Shown here one piece after another: positions 28,009 through 36,464 of a stretch of 54,244 nt of DNA. How positions within the stretch are numbered: position 1 is the stretch's first letter; each line of letters begins with the position of its first letter. The notes beneath the pieces are model-generated. The model was not told the origin of the DNA. It did no database searches and saw only the letters and a list, made by a program, of their open reading frames with translations. This DNA comes from an uncultured Phycisphaeraceae bacterium. Its GTDB lineage: Bacteria; Planctomycetota; Phycisphaerae; Phycisphaerales; UBA1924. The DNA lies in NCBI GenBank assembly GCA_964351165.1, contig CAYGNN010000001.1, forward strand, positions 1 to 54,244, read 5' to 3'. The position numbers were made by a program, and so were the translations under genes.

Positions 28009-30573
28009 TCAGCGGCTCTTGCTGAAGACACGCTCCACCCGGCGTTCCGCCCGGCGGCTGCCCATCAGCACCAGCGGGTCGTCCAGCGGGCGGTCCCGGC
28101 TGATCCAGACCAGGCCGCTCAGGTCGTCGCTCGAATCGGCGATCCAGCTCTTCAGCCGCTTGATGGTCTTCGGATCATCAGCGGCGCCCAGCCCGATCTC
28201 GTGCAGCGCCGCGCCGGCCAGCTCGATGTCGTCGTCGGAACCACCGAGCCCGACAAGCTGGTACCCCAGCTCCTGCAGCCGCTCCAGGGATTCCTCGATC
28301 GATTCGGTCGTCGCCTCGTCGGCGCTCTCGTCGTGCGCGTTGATGACGAGCAGGCGGCCGATCACCGGCGCCGCAGGGGGTTCAGGGGTCTGCGCCGAGG
28401 CGAGCAGGGCCTCGCGGACACCGTCGTTGGGCGGCGCTTCGCCGGCGCGGAGCCAGGCCGGCGCCTTGATCGTAAAGGTGTTGCCCTCGTCCTCGACGAA
28501 GGTCAGGACACCCTTGTCCTCGTCGTAGATCCCTGCGTCCTCGAGCGCCTCGACGAGCTGGCCGTGCATCCCGCGGAGGCCGCCCAGTTCCTTGAGGTCG
28601 TCGAAGAGGCGCATCGCGTCCATCGACTCGCCGTTGAGGGTGAGGTTGATCTCGTCCTGCGTCGCCCGGTCGTTCGCGGCGTTCCGCGCGTCCTTGTCGA
28701 TCGCGAGGTTCACAACCGCAGCAGCGCCGCCAACGCACGCGGCGAGGAAGATGAAGAGCGCCACGGCGACGCCGGGGTTGACCTGCTTGTGGCTCTTGTC
28801 GCGCGCGCGCCGCTTGCTGTGGACCTTGTCCCTGGCGGCGTGCGCACGCTTCCGCGCCGCTGCGGCGCGGTTCCTGGCGTTGCGCAGCTGCACGTCCGCC
28901 GAGGGGCGCGAGCCGCGCGGTGTTTCCTTGTTGATCAGCGGTTCGTCGCTGCCCTCGCGCCAGGGGCGCCAGCCGTCAGCGTTGCCCTCGTCATCGACAG
29001 CAGGGCCTGCAGGACCAGCGGGGCTGGCAGGGCGGTCCGGCTTGGGAACGTACGAACCGGTCCACCAGTTCACGAGCGACAGCTTGGGCTTGGCGCGATC
29101 GCCGCTGGGCGATGCGGCAGCAGCGCCGGCTGCGGCCGCAGCAGCAGCAGGGGGGGGGACGGTCTCCGCGGCAGGACGCGCCGCAGGGCGCGGAGGCTCG
29201 GGGACCGCCTTGGGCGCGACCGGCGTGCCTGCAGCGATCGCCACGCTCGCATCGTCCAGCGTCGGGTCGTCGTGCGCCGAGGCATCGACGCCGCCCTTGA
29301 CGCTGGGCAGGTCCGCCGGCATCAGCTTGAACATGTCGTCCGCCGCGAGGACCGCTTCCAGGTCGGCGTACATCTCGTACGAGGACGCGTACCGCTGGTT
29401 GTACTCCGCCATCGAGCGGCGCACGACCCAGCGGATCGCCTCAGGGCAGCGGTTGTTCAGCAGCGACATCCCGCCGTGCGCCGGGAACTGGTTCTCCAGC
29501 AGCGAGTACAGCACGGCGCCTGTCGCATAGACATCAAACTTGGCGCCATCGACCTCGTGGACCTTCACGCCCTTGAGCGCCATGCGCACCATTTCAGGGT
29601 CGCGGAAATACTCAGTGCCGTGCGTGGTGAGCGTCATCGCGCTGCGCAGCGGCGTCACGAGGCCCAGGTCGACCAGGTGCGCCTCGCCATCGGAGACGAT
29701 GATGTTGTCCGGCTTGATGTCCTTGTGCCAGAGCCCGGCGCGGTGGTACGCGGCGATGGTCTTGAGCAGGTCGGAGACGTACCCGATCGCCTCGCGGAGC
29801 TTGGCGTCGTTCAGGCCGTTGCCCTCGGAATCCTCGTGCAGCTTCCGGCCGACCACGCCCAGGCTCTCGCCGGGGACGTAGGGCATGACGTAGTGGAAAC
29901 GGTGCTCGGTCAGCTCGTGCTCGAGGACGAGACCGATCTTCTTCGCCGCTTCGAGCGCGCGGCTCTCGCGGATGATCTGCGGCAGGCTGGAGCCGTCCTT
30001 GAGGCTGAACGACTTGATGATGACCTTGTCGATGCCTGGGGCGCCCTGCCTCGCGAAGACCGCCAGGCGCCGCTCGTCGGGTTCTGCGATGTACAGCTTG
30101 GCGCCGGAGCCGCCTGTTGGCAGCGAGCCGACGATCTTGTATCCCTCGAAGGAGCCGGTCTTGCGCGACGGCTTGTCAGCGCCAGGGACGTGCGCCATCG
30201 CCTGCGGGACGCGCTGCTCGACGCCCTCGAGCATCGGACGCAGCAGCAGCAGGCGCGCCGGGTGCCCCAGGAAGACGCGGTAGAGCGAACGGCCGAAGGC
30301 GTGCATCTCGTCCTGGATGGAGCGGCCGAAGTGCCCTGCGGCGGACCAGCGCCCGATGATGATGTTCAGGATCACGAAGGGGACGAAGACGGCCATCGTG
30401 ATGATCGCGCCCAGCGCGCGGAGCGAGTCCCCGATCACGCCGCCGATGAAGCGGAAGACGTGCGCGAACGCCATCCCGATCAGCTTGAAGGTGGGGGCGA
30501 CGATGAAGACCACGACCACGACCAGCAGCGCGATCGCTGCGGCAGCCGCCAACATTGCAAGGAGGATTGACAT
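28009..30573 (-). CDS. membrane-bound Ser/Thr protein kinase with extracytoplasmic C-terminal domain
   Basis: Three N-terminal TM segments, then Hanks kinase motifs: GSGAKLY with a downstream Lys, [14 protein letters not shown] and [10 protein letters not shown]. These are followed by a Pro/Ala- and Arg-rich linker, one more TM ([20 protein letters not shown]) and a C-terminal domain of about 220 aa with no motif I recognise. Confidence 0.85.
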   Translation of the reverse strand: MSILLAMLAAAAAIALLVVVVVFIVAPTFKLIGMAFAHVFRFIGGVIGDSLRALGAIITMAVFVPFVILNIIIGRWSAAGHFGRSIQDEMHAFGRSLYRVFLGHPARLLLLRPMLEGVEQRVPQAMAHVPGADKPSRKTGSFEGYKIVGSLPTGGSGAKLYIAEPDERRLAVFARQGAPGIDKVIIKSFSLKDGSSLPQIIRESRALEAAKKIGLVLEHELTEHRFHYVMPYVPGESLGVVGRKLHEDSEGNGLNDAKLREAIGYVSDLLKTIAAYHRAGLWHKDIKPDNIIVSDGEAHLVDLGLVTPLRSAMTLTTHGTEYFRDPEMVRMALKGVKVHEVDGAKFDVYATGAVLYSLLENQFPAHGGMSLLNNRCPEAIRWVVRRSMAEYNQRYASSYEMYADLEAVLAADDMFKLMPADLPSVKGGVDASAHDDPTLDDASVAIAAGTPVAPKAVPEPPRPAARPAAETVPPPAAAAAAAGAAAASPSGDRAKPKLSLVNWWTGSYVPKPDRPASPAGPAGPAVDDEGNADGWRPWREGSDEPLINKETPRGSRPSADVQLRNARNRAAAARKRAHAARDKVHSKRRARDKSHKQVNPGVAVALFIFLAACVGGAAAVVNLAIDKDARNAANDRATQDEINLTLNGESMDAMRLFDDLKELGGLRGMHGQLVEALEDAGIYDEDKGVLTFVEDEGNTFTIKAPAWLRAGEAPPNDGVREALLASAQTPEPPAAPVIGRLLVINAHDESADEATTESIEESLERLQELGYQLVGLGGSDDDIELAGAALHEIGLGAADDPKTIKRLKSWIADSSDDLSGLVWISRDRPLDDPLVLMGSRRAERRVERVFSKSR

Positions 30574-30651
30574 CCCGAAACTCCTGGCCGTCCATCCGAT
30601 CGCGATCTGACCCGAGCGTGTCAGCGGAGGGCGGCGTCGTCCGTGGACCGG

Positions 30652-31410
30652 CTATTCCATCATTGCCGCCTGGTCCCGGCGCCGCAGCTCCTGCTGCGTG
30701 TGATAAATCTCGGCGATCGCCTCATCAAAGAGGGCATCGTCGGCATTGGTCGGATTCAGGGCGAGCCCATTTCGCTCCGCCTCGTCCCGCTCGTCCTCGG
30801 TGAACGAATACGTGGCGATGACCTCGCACAACTGCTCGCGGACCATGTCCCGGACCTTGCTCAGCCGGCGGCTCACGGTCGGCTCGCTGGTCCCCAGCTG
30901 CGCCGCGACCTCCTTGCCGCTGATGCATTCGAGGACCCGCATCCGGTAGATCGTGAAGTCGGTGAACTCGCAGCCGCGTTCGACGATGCGGATCGCCGCT
31001 TCCACCTTGGCGCGGAAGACCGCCGCTTCGTACTCGCCATCTGGGGATTTGGCCCCTGGATGATCGGCGTACATCCATGATTCCTCGAGATTCAGGGCCT
31101 TCACGCCCTTGCCTCGCTTGAGCGCCATCCGGCGGTCGATCTCGTCGCCCAGCGTGTGCTTGGCGATCGCGAGCAGCCACGTCGAGAACCGGGCGCCGCG
31201 GTTGGGGTCGTAGGTTTCGATCGAATTGGAGAGCGCCGCGAGGGTCTCCTGCGAGAGGTCGCGGACCGTTTCAGAGCCGATCCGCCCCTTGCCCCACTTG
31301 GAGAGTTGGGCGCGGATGACCGGGCCGAAGGTCTCCCACAACTCGAACCACGCCGCTTCGTCGCGGCATCGGAGTCGGCCGATGAAGTTGGTGGTGAGGT
31401 TGTTGAGCAT
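30652..31410 (-). CDS. ECF-type RNA polymerase sigma factor with C-terminal extension
   Basis: ATG at 31410. Region 2 (DLSQETLAALSNSIETYDPNRGARFSTWLLAIAKHTLGDEIDRR) and region 4 HTH (ISGKEVAAQLGTSEPTVSRRLSKVRDMV) are present, plus about 55 extra C-terminal residues. The upstream 72 codons of the track ORF are rejected. Confidence 0.8.
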   Translation of the reverse strand: MLNNLTTNFIGRLRCRDEAAWFELWETFGPVIRAQLSKWGKGRIGSETVRDLSQETLAALSNSIETYDPNRGARFSTWLLAIAKHTLGDEIDRRMALKRGKGVKALNLEESWMYADHPGAKSPDGEYEAAVFRAKVEAAIRIVERGCEFTDFTIYRMRVLECISGKEVAAQLGTSEPTVSRRLSKVRDMVREQLCEVIATYSFTEDERDEAERNGLALNPTNADDALFDEAIAEIYHTQQELRRRDQAAMME

Positions 31411-31651
31411 GACCGTCCTGGCCCCGATCGAAGTAGAGTCCCGACCCGTCCGATAGCCGCGCGCCCGGCCTGTGGAGGCCCGGTCTGCGGGAGCGCAACC
31501 GGCGCCCATCACCGAGGATAAGGCCAATTCCAGCATGCACAGGATACGCCCAGCGGCGCCCTGCGGCGTGTCCGGATTGTGATTTTGGGGGACGGGATCC
31601 CCCCGGACCGCCTTGTAGGGGCTCAAGAGGCGTTGCTTTCAGGACCCGCCG

Positions 31652-31691
31652 GCGCCCAGGCAGGTCGGAAGAGGCCGGGGCGCACTTTTTT
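31652..31691 (+). terminator. orphan intrinsic-terminator-like hairpin with a T6 tract in a divergent intergenic region
   Basis: GCGCCCAGGC, 12-nt loop, GCCGGGGCGC (10 bp, one mismatch), then AC-TTTTTT. No plus-strand CDS ends upstream of it. Confidence 0.4.
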
Positions 31692-31826
31692 CGTGTTCTT
31701 TTGGTTCAGGCGCCGCCCGGCATGAAATCGGCCGGGACGCGCCCCCAACAAGTGAACCGGAAGGCGCCCCGAACGAGTGGTTCGGATCGGGGCCCCACGA
31801 AACCACTTGTTAGAGAGGTATGAACT

Positions 31827-32810
31827 ATGGCCGGCATCGTCAAGACAGTGATCCGCCTCGGTGTGATTGGCGCCCTGGTGACCGGCGGAGCGGTCGTGAT
31901 CGCCGGTCCGCACCGCGTCGTCGCCCTGGGCCACCAGATGCAGTCGAAGATCGTCAACGTGATCGACGCGAACATCGATGACCCTGTCGCCCTGCGTGCG
32001 CAGCTCCGCGACCTGCAGGCGCAATACCCGGAACGCATCGCGGAAGTCCGCTCGCAGCTCGCCGAGCTCGTCGAGCAGGTCCGCCAGATCCACCGTGAGA
32101 AGGCCGTCAGCGAGAAGGTCGTCACGATGGCGACCGCTGACCTCGAGGACCTCTCCTCGCTGCTCGCTCGCGCCGAAGAGGCCCGGACCGAGTTCGCGTC
32201 CGACGGCTCCTACCGCACCGTCTCGATCTCGTTCAACGACGAGTCGATGAGCATCGACGAGGCGTACTCCAAGGCCAACTACATCACCGAGCTCGTCCGC
32301 TCGTACGAGGGCCGTTCGATGGACGCCGCCAACGACCTGGCGAACCTCGAGCGCGATCAGGAGCGCCTGACCTCGCTGCTGGCCAAGCTCGAGTCGGAGC
32401 AGACCCAGTTCCAGGCGCAGCTCGCGCAGCTGGATCGCCAGATCGACTCCGTCGCCCGCAAGGAGCGCATGGTCGATGTGATGGAAGAGCGTGCCGAGCG
32501 CATCGACGAGCTGAGCCGCTACCACGTCGCCAGCCTCGACCAGTTCAAGTCGGTCCTCGCCAAGAGGCAGGCCGAGCTGGAGAGCCGCATCTCCTCGATC
32601 TCGCAACGCGAGCACCAGATCGACTACGAGGACAAGGCCGCGTTCCAGATCGACACCGCGACTTACGGCGCCTTCTCGACCTCGACGCACACCACGATCC
32701 GCAAGCCCCGCACCAACGGCGCCAATGTTGAGATCCGCATCGAGAACGAGAGCAAGAACGACTGCGGCGCCAAGGAGAAGGTCTCCGGCCCGGTCGCTTC
32801 GAGCCGCTGA
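31827..32810 (+). CDS. membrane-anchored coiled-coil protein (distantly PspA/IM30-like, tentative)
   Basis: ATG with AGAGAGG RBS. N-terminal hydrophobic segment (VIRLGVIGALVTGGAVVIAG), then about 230 aa of heptad-rich sequence. IVNVIDANIDDPVALRAQLRDLQ resembles the start of PspA-family proteins. Confidence 0.5.
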   Translation: MAGIVKTVIRLGVIGALVTGGAVVIAGPHRVVALGHQMQSKIVNVIDANIDDPVALRAQLRDLQAQYPERIAEVRSQLAELVEQVRQIHREKAVSEKVVTMATADLEDLSSLLARAEEARTEFASDGSYRTVSISFNDESMSIDEAYSKANYITELVRSYEGRSMDAANDLANLERDQERLTSLLAKLESEQTQFQAQLAQLDRQIDSVARKERMVDVMEERAERIDELSRYHVASLDQFKSVLAKRQAELESRISSISQREHQIDYEDKAAFQIDTATYGAFSTSTHTTIRKPRTNGANVEIRIENESKNDCGAKEKVSGPVASSR

Positions 32811-32878
32811 GTTTCCCACAACTGCATTCGCTCGGTCCGCCTCTGCAAGGGCACCTCGGATCAAGCGTCTCCTCACGA

Positions 32879-32928
32879 CACCCGCCGCCGGGACCGCTCC
32901 AAACGGTCGCCGGCGGCGGTGTCGTTTT
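32879..32928 (+). terminator. putative intrinsic terminator after the coiled-coil gene
   Basis: Long GC hairpin: CACC(C)GCCGCCGG-GACCG, loop CTCCAAA, CGGTC-(G)CCGGCGGC-GGTG, about 17 bp with two bulges, followed by TCGTTTTG. Confidence 0.5.
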
Positions 32929-32984
32929 GCGTGCTGGACGCACGCTGCGCCGACACACCGGCGCGCACCGGGTACGCTGCACGC

Positions 32985-33749
32985 GTGCCCCCTGTCACCG
33001 ACGATGCGTATGTCCTCCGGCACTGGCCGTACTCCGAGACGAGCCAGACCGTCGCCCTGTTCGGCCGCGACCTGGGCGTCATCCGGGGCCTCGCCAAGGG
33101 CGCCAGGCGTGAGAAGGGCGCCTTCTCAGGCGGCTTCGAGACGCTCGACCGAGGGCAGATCGTCACGATCATCAAGCCGAACGCCGACCTGGCGATCCTG
33201 ACCGAGTGGGACCTGACCAGGCGGCCCACGTCGATCTACCGGAACCTGCAGGCGCACCACGCGGCGCTGTACCTCGCGGACCTCGTCCGGCACACGCTCA
33301 CCGACGCTGATCCGCACCCTGCGCTGTGGGATTCGATGGACGCCGCGATGACCGCGCTCGATGGGGGGGCGGACCCGATGCGCGTCGTGCTCCGATTCCA
33401 ATGGGTGACGCTGGGCGAGACCGGCCACCGGCCGGACCTGCGAGAACTGGCGGCGGTAGGTCCAGACGCCAAGGTGCTCGGCTTCGACCCGGCCGCAGGT
33501 CGGCTGCTGCCAGATCCAGGCCCAGATCATTCAGGACCAGAGGTCTGGCGCATCCGCTCGTCCACGCTCACGCTCCTCCGCGGCATCGATCAGGCAGAAG
33601 AGCGAGAGGCCGAGCAGACGCCCCAGGGCGCGAGGGCGGATTCGAAGGCCGATTCGCTGCTCAGGGCCAACCTCTTCCTCGCTTCGTGCCTGCGCTACGT
33701 TCTCGGACGGGAACTCCCCACGATGACGGCGCTCTTCGGGCAGGGATAA
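32985..33749 (+). CDS. recO: DNA repair protein RecO
   Basis: VTDDAYVLRHWPYSETSQTVALFGRDLGVIRGLAKGARR is the RecO N-terminal OB-fold signature. The in-frame GTG at 32985 is preferred over the ATG at 32919, which lies inside the upstream terminator hairpin. Confidence 0.85.
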   Translation: MPPVTDDAYVLRHWPYSETSQTVALFGRDLGVIRGLAKGARREKGAFSGGFETLDRGQIVTIIKPNADLAILTEWDLTRRPTSIYRNLQAHHAALYLADLVRHTLTDADPHPALWDSMDAAMTALDGGADPMRVVLRFQWVTLGETGHRPDLRELAAVGPDAKVLGFDPAAGRLLPDPGPDHSGPEVWRIRSSTLTLLRGIDQAEEREAEQTPQGARADSKADSLLRANLFLASCLRYVLGRELPTMTALFGQG

Positions 33750-33863
33750 CACCGGCGCGTCGAGGAATCGCAGGGCCCATCAGCACTTTCTTCAGATCAA
33801 GTGACCGGGATACCGGGACGATGAAGTCGGCAGCCGGCGCGGTCGCTGTACGACGCCCGGCGA

Positions 33864-35426
33864 TTGTGTAGCCAGATAGCGGAGCTGCCAGCAGCGCCGT
33901 CGCCAGAGGTGATCCCGTTGAACGAACGGCTCCTGGAAAAGGTGCTCGACTGCCCCAAGATCCCGTCGCTGCCAGCGATCGCGCTGCAGGTGATCGATCT
34001 GACAGCGGACGAGAACATCACCATGGCGCAGCTGGCCGCCACGATCCAGAACGATCAGGGCCTCGCAGGGAAGATCCTCAAGACGGTCAACTCCGCGTTC
34101 TATGGGTTGTCCAAGCCCTGCACCACCCTCGCGCAGGCGCAGATCATGCTGGGGCTCAACGCTGTCAAGACGCTCGCCCTGGGCTTCTCCCTGGTGAAGG
34201 TGGTCAAGGACGGCGAAGAAGAATCCTTTGATTACGAGACCTACTGGCGAAGGGGCCTGTATTCAGGGATCGCCTCGCGCATCATCGCGAACTCCACGAG
34301 GGTTGCCGATCCTGAGGAAGCGTTCCTCGGCGGGCTGATGCAGGACATCGGGATGATCGCGCTCAACGCCGCGATCGGCCCTTCGTACGCGAAGCTGGTC
34401 AACAGCGTTTCCCACGAGCGGCTGCTCCGCGCCGAACTCGAAGAGATGGAGATCACGCACCCGCTCGTCGGCTCGATGCTCGGCGCCCGGTGGCGGCTCC
34501 CGGACTCGATGAAGATGTGCATCAAGCACCACGCGCAGCCCTCGACCGCGCCTCCGGAGTATGCGCAGATCGTCCAGTGCGTCGGGATCGGCAACCTCGC
34601 CGCGGCGACGCTGATGGCCGAAGACCCGGTCAAACCGATGCAGCTGTACCTCGACAAGTGCGAGCAGTGGTTCAGCATCCCGAACAAGCAGGCGGAAGAG
34701 CTCCTCGACGAGATCGTCAGGGGCGCCAAGGAAGTCTCGAAGCTCCTCGAGTTGCCAGGCGGCCAGTTCCCAGACGCCGCGGACATCATCGAGAGGGCCA
34801 ACGACCACCTCGTGGACATGGCGCTCCGCAACGATCAGGAAGTGGAAGAGGCCGCCAGGCGGAACGCGATGCTCGAGCAGGCCGTCCTCAAGGACGAGCT
34901 GACCGGCCTCGCCACGCTGCACAAGTTCACGACCGATCTGCAGGCCAGGTTCGAGACCAGCCAAGCCGATGAGGACGGCTGGTTCTCGCTGCTGATGTTC
35001 GACATCGATTCGCTGGGCGAGATCAACGACCAGCTCGGCCGCGAGGTCGGAGATCGTGTCATCAAGGGCTTCGCCGAGCAACTGGCCGCAGCCTTCGAGC
35101 CCCGGAAGAACCCGGTCGCGAGGATCGGCGGCGACGAGTTCGGCGTCATCCTCGGCGGGATCACCAAGCTGGAAGCCGCCAGGAAGGCGGAGGAATTCAG
35201 GCAGATGATCGCCGATTCGCCGCTGGAGATGTCCGGCTGCGACGCGGCGCCCGCGGAGCTGAAGATCAAGGTCAGCGTCGGCGCGACGACCCTCGATCAC
35301 GACACCGCCGAGGTCTTCACTCGGATCGAGCAACTCCTGCACGCGACAGACTCCGCGATGCGGATGGCCCGCAAGAGCGGGGGCAACTGCGTGAAGGTCT
35401 TCTCGCCCCGCCGGAAGGCGGCCTGA
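33864..35426 (+). CDS. HDOD domain / GGDEF diguanylate cyclase signalling protein
   Basis: N-terminal HDOD blocks (LPSLPAIALQVIDL, LAATIQNDQGLAGKILKTVNSAFYGL, LGLNAVKTLALGFSL). C-terminal GGDEF domain (DELTGLATL, FDIDSLGEINDQLGREVGDRVIK, ARIGGDEFGVIL). Apparent TTG start, uncertain. Confidence 0.85.
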   Translation: MCSQIAELPAAPSPEVIPLNERLLEKVLDCPKIPSLPAIALQVIDLTADENITMAQLAATIQNDQGLAGKILKTVNSAFYGLSKPCTTLAQAQIMLGLNAVKTLALGFSLVKVVKDGEEESFDYETYWRRGLYSGIASRIIANSTRVADPEEAFLGGLMQDIGMIALNAAIGPSYAKLVNSVSHERLLRAELEEMEITHPLVGSMLGARWRLPDSMKMCIKHHAQPSTAPPEYAQIVQCVGIGNLAAATLMAEDPVKPMQLYLDKCEQWFSIPNKQAEELLDEIVRGAKEVSKLLELPGGQFPDAADIIERANDHLVDMALRNDQEVEEAARRNAMLEQAVLKDELTGLATLHKFTTDLQARFETSQADEDGWFSLLMFDIDSLGEINDQLGREVGDRVIKGFAEQLAAAFEPRKNPVARIGGDEFGVILGGITKLEAARKAEEFRQMIADSPLEMSGCDAAPAELKIKVSVGATTLDHDTAEVFTRIEQLLHATDSAMRMARKSGGNCVKVFSPRRKAA

Positions 35427-35510
35427 GCCCGGCCCAAGGGTGAAATCGCAGGGGGGCAACTCCCTCCAACCCATGGTGGCGATGGGTCCACCGCCCCGAT
35501 ACGATCAGGC

Positions 35511-36464
35511 TTGGAATCGGTGAATCCCACCGCACGCGCGTTGTCCTGCGCCTATTTCTCTGACCGACCGGCCACCGACCGGAGCCCTCCGCCCTTGCCA
35601 GGAACCGAGCCCCCAACCAGCAACGTTCGCGCCATCTTTGGCGAGGCGGCTCAGCGTTCGTCGATCGCGCACCCCACCCTCGACGAGTTCCACCTCACCG
35701 TGGAGGAAGCGGGCAAGGGCGAGCCGGTCGTCTTCCTGCATGGATTGCTGGGCCTGAACGAGCATTGGATCCCCGCTGTCGAGACACTCTCGAAGCGCGC
35801 CAGGTGCATCATGCTCGAGTTCCCATTGGCCGAGATCCCGCACAAGCTCTGCTCGATCGACGCGGTCACCGCGATGGTCAAGCGCGAGCTCGCCGGCCTC
35901 ATCGATGGCCCAGCGATCTACATCGGCAACTCGCTCGGCGGGCACCTCGCGCTGCGCCTGGCGCTCGATCACCCGGAGGCGGTCCGGGGCCTCGTCCTCG
36001 CCGGCTCCTCCGGCCTCTTCGAGCGCGAGATCGTGGTCGGCCGAACGGCGCAGCACCGACCAAGCCGCGACTGGCTCCAGCAGAAGATCGAAGAGCTCTT
36101 CAGCGACCCGGCGAACATCCCGGATGGGATCGTCGATCGCGTCTACAACGAACTCTCCAACCGCCGCGCCGCGCGCGCGCTGGTGCGGCTCTCTAAGAGC
36201 GCCAAGAGCGACAACCTCGCCGCCCATCTTTCCGAGATCCAGGCGCGCACGATGCTGCTCTGGGGCCGCGACGACACCGTGACGCCGCCGCGCGTCGCCG
36301 AGGAGTTCAAGGACTTCCTCCCCAACGCGTTCATCCACTGGCTCGACAACGCCGGCCACGCGCCGCAGATCGAGCAGGCCGCCGCCTTCACGAAGGCGAT
36401 CGATGATTTCCTCAGCGAGTTCGACTCCTACGACACGTCGAAACCGAGGCAGGAGGTCGCGTGA
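35511..36464 (+). CDS. alpha/beta-fold hydrolase
   Basis: VVFLHGLLGLNEHW, nucleophile elbow GNSLGG, LWGRDDTVTP and NAGHAPQIE. The start is either the TTG at 35511 or the GTG at 35520. Confidence 0.8.
   Translation: MESVNPTARALSCAYFSDRPATDRSPPPLPGTEPPTSNVRAIFGEAAQRSSIAHPTLDEFHLTVEEAGKGEPVVFLHGLLGLNEHWIPAVETLSKRARCIMLEFPLAEIPHKLCSIDAVTAMVKRELAGLIDGPAIYIGNSLGGHLALRLALDHPEAVRGLVLAGSSGLFEREIVVGRTAQHRPSRDWLQQKIEELFSDPANIPDGIVDRVYNELSNRRAARALVRLSKSAKSDNLAAHLSEIQARTMLLWGRDDTVTPPRVAEEFKDFLPNAFIHWLDNAGHAPQIEQAAAFTKAIDDFLSEFDSYDTSKPRQEVA

Noticed and set aside
29150-29158. G9/C9 homopolymer plus a (GCN)n run inside the kinase gene, considered as a slipped-strand phase-variation switch.
   Set aside because: It encodes an in-frame Pro-Pro-Pro-Ala(n) linker typical of low-complexity spacers in GC-rich genomes. 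A single sequence gives no evidence of length variation. It is kept only as a note under the kinase finding.
31655-31685. GGTCGGAAGAGGCC segment reminiscent of the SRP (4.5S) RNA domain IV GGAA tetraloop region.
   Set aside because: It lacks the conserved GGAAGCAGC and symmetric/asymmetric loop context, and the flanks do not form the long SRP helix. It is better explained as the loop of a terminator-like hairpin.
32919-32984. ATG at 32919 as the recO start, as in the ORF track.
   Set aside because: The ATG lies inside the strong hairpin/T-tract downstream of the preceding gene. The added residues (MSFCVLDARCADTPARTGYAAR) are not RecO-like. The in-frame GTG at 32985 gives the canonical N-terminus.
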